Source: Macrostomum lignano (Eukaryota). Taken from it: DNA of 64,000 bases. Both the position numbers and the translations under genes were made by a program. The stretch spans positions 1-64,000 of the forward strand of contig NIVC01003734.1 in assembly GCA_002269645.1 (NCBI GenBank), written 5' to 3'. The number at the start of each line of letters is the position of its first letter. Position 1 is the stretch's first letter. The notes beneath the pieces were generated by a model. The model saw only the letters and a list, made by a program, of their open reading frames with translations, searched no databases and was not told the DNA's origin. Shown in pieces: positions 54,614 through 64,000 of this stretch.

Positions 54614-55449
54614 GAAGTTCATTGCCGAATTACACTCGATTAACGGCCTTGGTTGCCAAGGGCAAAGCTTAGTTGGGGGCGATTTCAGTTTTCTTCTTAT
54701 GCAATCACAGAGTCTCCAAAATGTGTTAATTCTTTGGTTGAATGTCGCAGGAAAATGTGGCATGAATTCCCCCGCAAGACTGAGCTGGTCGGATTTGTTG
54801 ATATTGCTGACTTCGAATGCAGTCGCTTTCCAAACCGAAGATAGAAAGAGTGAAAAATTAAAGAAAAGTGTTCGCGAAAAAACTTTGAATCTTCAAACTA
54901 CTACAAACTACGGAGTGGGCGCGTGGCGACAGTTGCCGAGCGGCAGTTGGCCAAAAACTCCCCGCTTTCGTTTAGAGCACTCGAAAATGAAGAGGCAGAG
55001 AATTTCTGCAAAACACTTCAACGTCGAGGAGTAGCGCGAGCGCACTTGAAGTTTTTCTCGAGTGACTCTCCGCTCGTGAAACCCGTGGCCTCGGGGAGTT
55101 CACCTGCGCTCCGGGTTTCAAACCGGTCCAAACCTGTTGCTGCTGCGGACTCGCCGCTGGCCACTCCCGAAGCGGCGCTGCCGCAACTTCAAGAGGATCT
55201 GCATCGATGGCCCCGCAGCTCCTGAGTAGCGAAGTTGGGCTAACAGAGTTCAGGCTGTGCCCGACTCACACCGGGTTGCTAGGCTGCGCTGGGCAGGGGG
55301 ATGTTGCCCAGCTCTTGAAGCTCCCCCCCCCCCCGCGATCCTCGGACCCAGCTTTGCCGGCAGGTGCAGACCGAAGGCAGCTGAGAGTGCCGCTTCACAC
55401 CTGTGCATCGATAACGGAGGAGTCAGGGGCAGCCCGGACCCGCATTGCC

Positions 55450-55521
55450 TATAAATGATGCCGCTCCGAGACCCTCAGTAACAGTCAATTTGGAAGAAAT
55501 CTGAAGCACCGGATACGCCAG
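55450..55521 (+). promoter_or_regulatory. TATA + Initiator core promoter and non-coding exon 1 of the Arg-rich gene
   Basis: TATAAA at 55450, TCAGT initiator with A at 55477 (27 nt spacing), donor CAG|GTAAGT at 55521. Confidence 0.75.
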
Positions 55522-55542
55522 GTAAGTGAGCGGCCGCTAAAT

Positions 55543-56690
55543 TCTGGTCAGGTAGGTGTAGGATTCTGTAGCGAAAGTCTGGTCAGGTAGGTGTGGGATT
55601 CTGTAGCGAAAGTCTGGCCAGGTAGGTGTGGGATTCTGTAGCGAAAGTCTGGTCAGGTAGGTGTGGGATTCTGTAGCGAAAGTCTGGTCAGGTAGGTGTG
55701 GGATTCTGTAGCGAAAGTCTGGTCAGGTAGGTGTGGGATTCTGTAGCGAAAGTCTGGTCAGGTAGGTGTGGGATTCTGTAGCGAAAGTCTGTTCAGGTAG
55801 CTGTGGGATTCTGTAGCGAAAGTCTGGTCAGGTAGGTGTGGGATTCTGTAGCGAAAGTCTGGTCATGTAGGGGTGGGATTCTGTAGCGAAAGTCTGGTCA
55901 GGTAGGTGTGGGATTCTGTAGCGAAAGTCTGGTCAGGTAGGTGTGGGATTCTGTAGCGAAAGTCTGGTCAGGTAGGTGTAGGATTCTGTAGCGAAAGTCT
56001 GGTCAGGTAGGTGTGGGATTCTGTAGCGAAAGTCTGGCCAGGTAGGTGTGGGATTCTGTAGCGAAAGTCTGGTCAGGTAGGTGTGGGATTCTGTAGCGAA
56101 AGTCTGGTCAGGTAGGTGTGGGATTCTGTAGCGAAAGTCTGGTCAGGTAGGTGTGGGATTCTGTAGCGAAAGTCTGGTCAGGTAGGTGTGGGATTCTGTA
56201 GCGAAAGTCTGTTCAGGTAGCTGTGGGATTCTGTAGCGAAAGTCTGGTCAGGTAGGTGTGGGATTCTGTAGCGAAAGTCTGGTCATGTAGGGGTGGGATT
56301 CTGTAGCGAAAGTCTGGTCAGGTAGGTGTGGGATTCTGTAGCGAAAGTCTGGTCAGGTAGGTGTGGGATTCTGTAGCGAAAGTCTGGTCAGGTAGGTGTG
56401 GGATTCTGTAGCGAAAGTCTGGTCATGTAGGGGTGGGATTCTGTAGCGAAAGTCTGGTCAGGTAGGTGTGGGATTCTGTAGCGAAAGTCTGGTCAGGTAG
56501 GTGTGGGATTCTGTAGCGAAAGTCTGGTCAGGTAGCTGTGGGATTCTGTAGCGAAAGTCTGGTCAGGTAGGTGTGGGATTCTGTAGCGAAAGTCTGGTCA
56601 GGTAGGTGTGGGATTCTGTAGCGAAAGTCTGGTCAGGTAGGTGTGGGATTCTGTAGCGAAAGTCTGGTCAGGTAGGTGTAGGATTCTGTA
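55543..56690 (+). repeat. 35-bp minisatellite filling intron 1 of the Arg-rich gene; each unit carries CAG|GTAGGT
   Basis: Unit TCTGGTCAGGTAGGTGTGGGATTCTGTAGCGAAAG, about 33 copies. Confidence 0.95.
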
Positions 56691-56721
56691 GCTAACTCTG
56701 CTCCTACATTTCAGACTCAAA

Positions 56722-63905
<7,184 letters not shown>

Positions 63906-64000
63906 GTAAGTGAATATTTTGTACAGCAGACATCTTTTTGATTTTATGTATACTTGCCATTCTTCAATACTAGTCCATATTGCTGTGCCTGTCTTTACTT

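Noticed and set aside
54923-55225. 100-codon ORF upstream of the Arg-rich gene
   Set aside because: GTG start, no recognisable domain or clear splice context.

Overview
Eukaryotic, invertebrate-like genomic DNA. GC-rich exons and minisatellite-packed introns suggest a flatworm such as Macrostomum (inference only). Left to right: a MAPK-type dual-specificity phosphatase with a dense AP-1 site cluster (2.2-3.9 kb); an atypical synaptotagmin (6.4-9.4 kb); a tandem pair of uncharacterised ~114-aa Cys/His proteins on the minus strand (10.2-13.5 kb); an AT-rich transposon island (14-28 kb) with hAT-, MULE-like MITEs and nested/tandem non-autonomous Helitrons carrying satellites; a complete 13-exon PRPF8 gene (28.7-45.3 kb, 2405 aa); two small secreted/membrane ORFs; a low-confidence multi-exon gene; and the 5' part of a giant secreted arginine-rich protein gene with a SUEL/rhamnose-binding lectin domain (55.5-64 kb, runs off the window). 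The PRPF8 locus hosts two box C/D RNAs complementary to U6 snRNA, a nested antisense PAN-domain gene, and an intron whose repeat amplifies its own 5' splice site. Best leads: the polycationic lectin protein, the U6-guide snoRNAs in PRPF8, splice-donor amplification, the Helitron nest, and an AP-1-flanked cationic secreted peptide. All exon boundaries were placed by eye from GT/AG sites and frame continuity; no searches were run.
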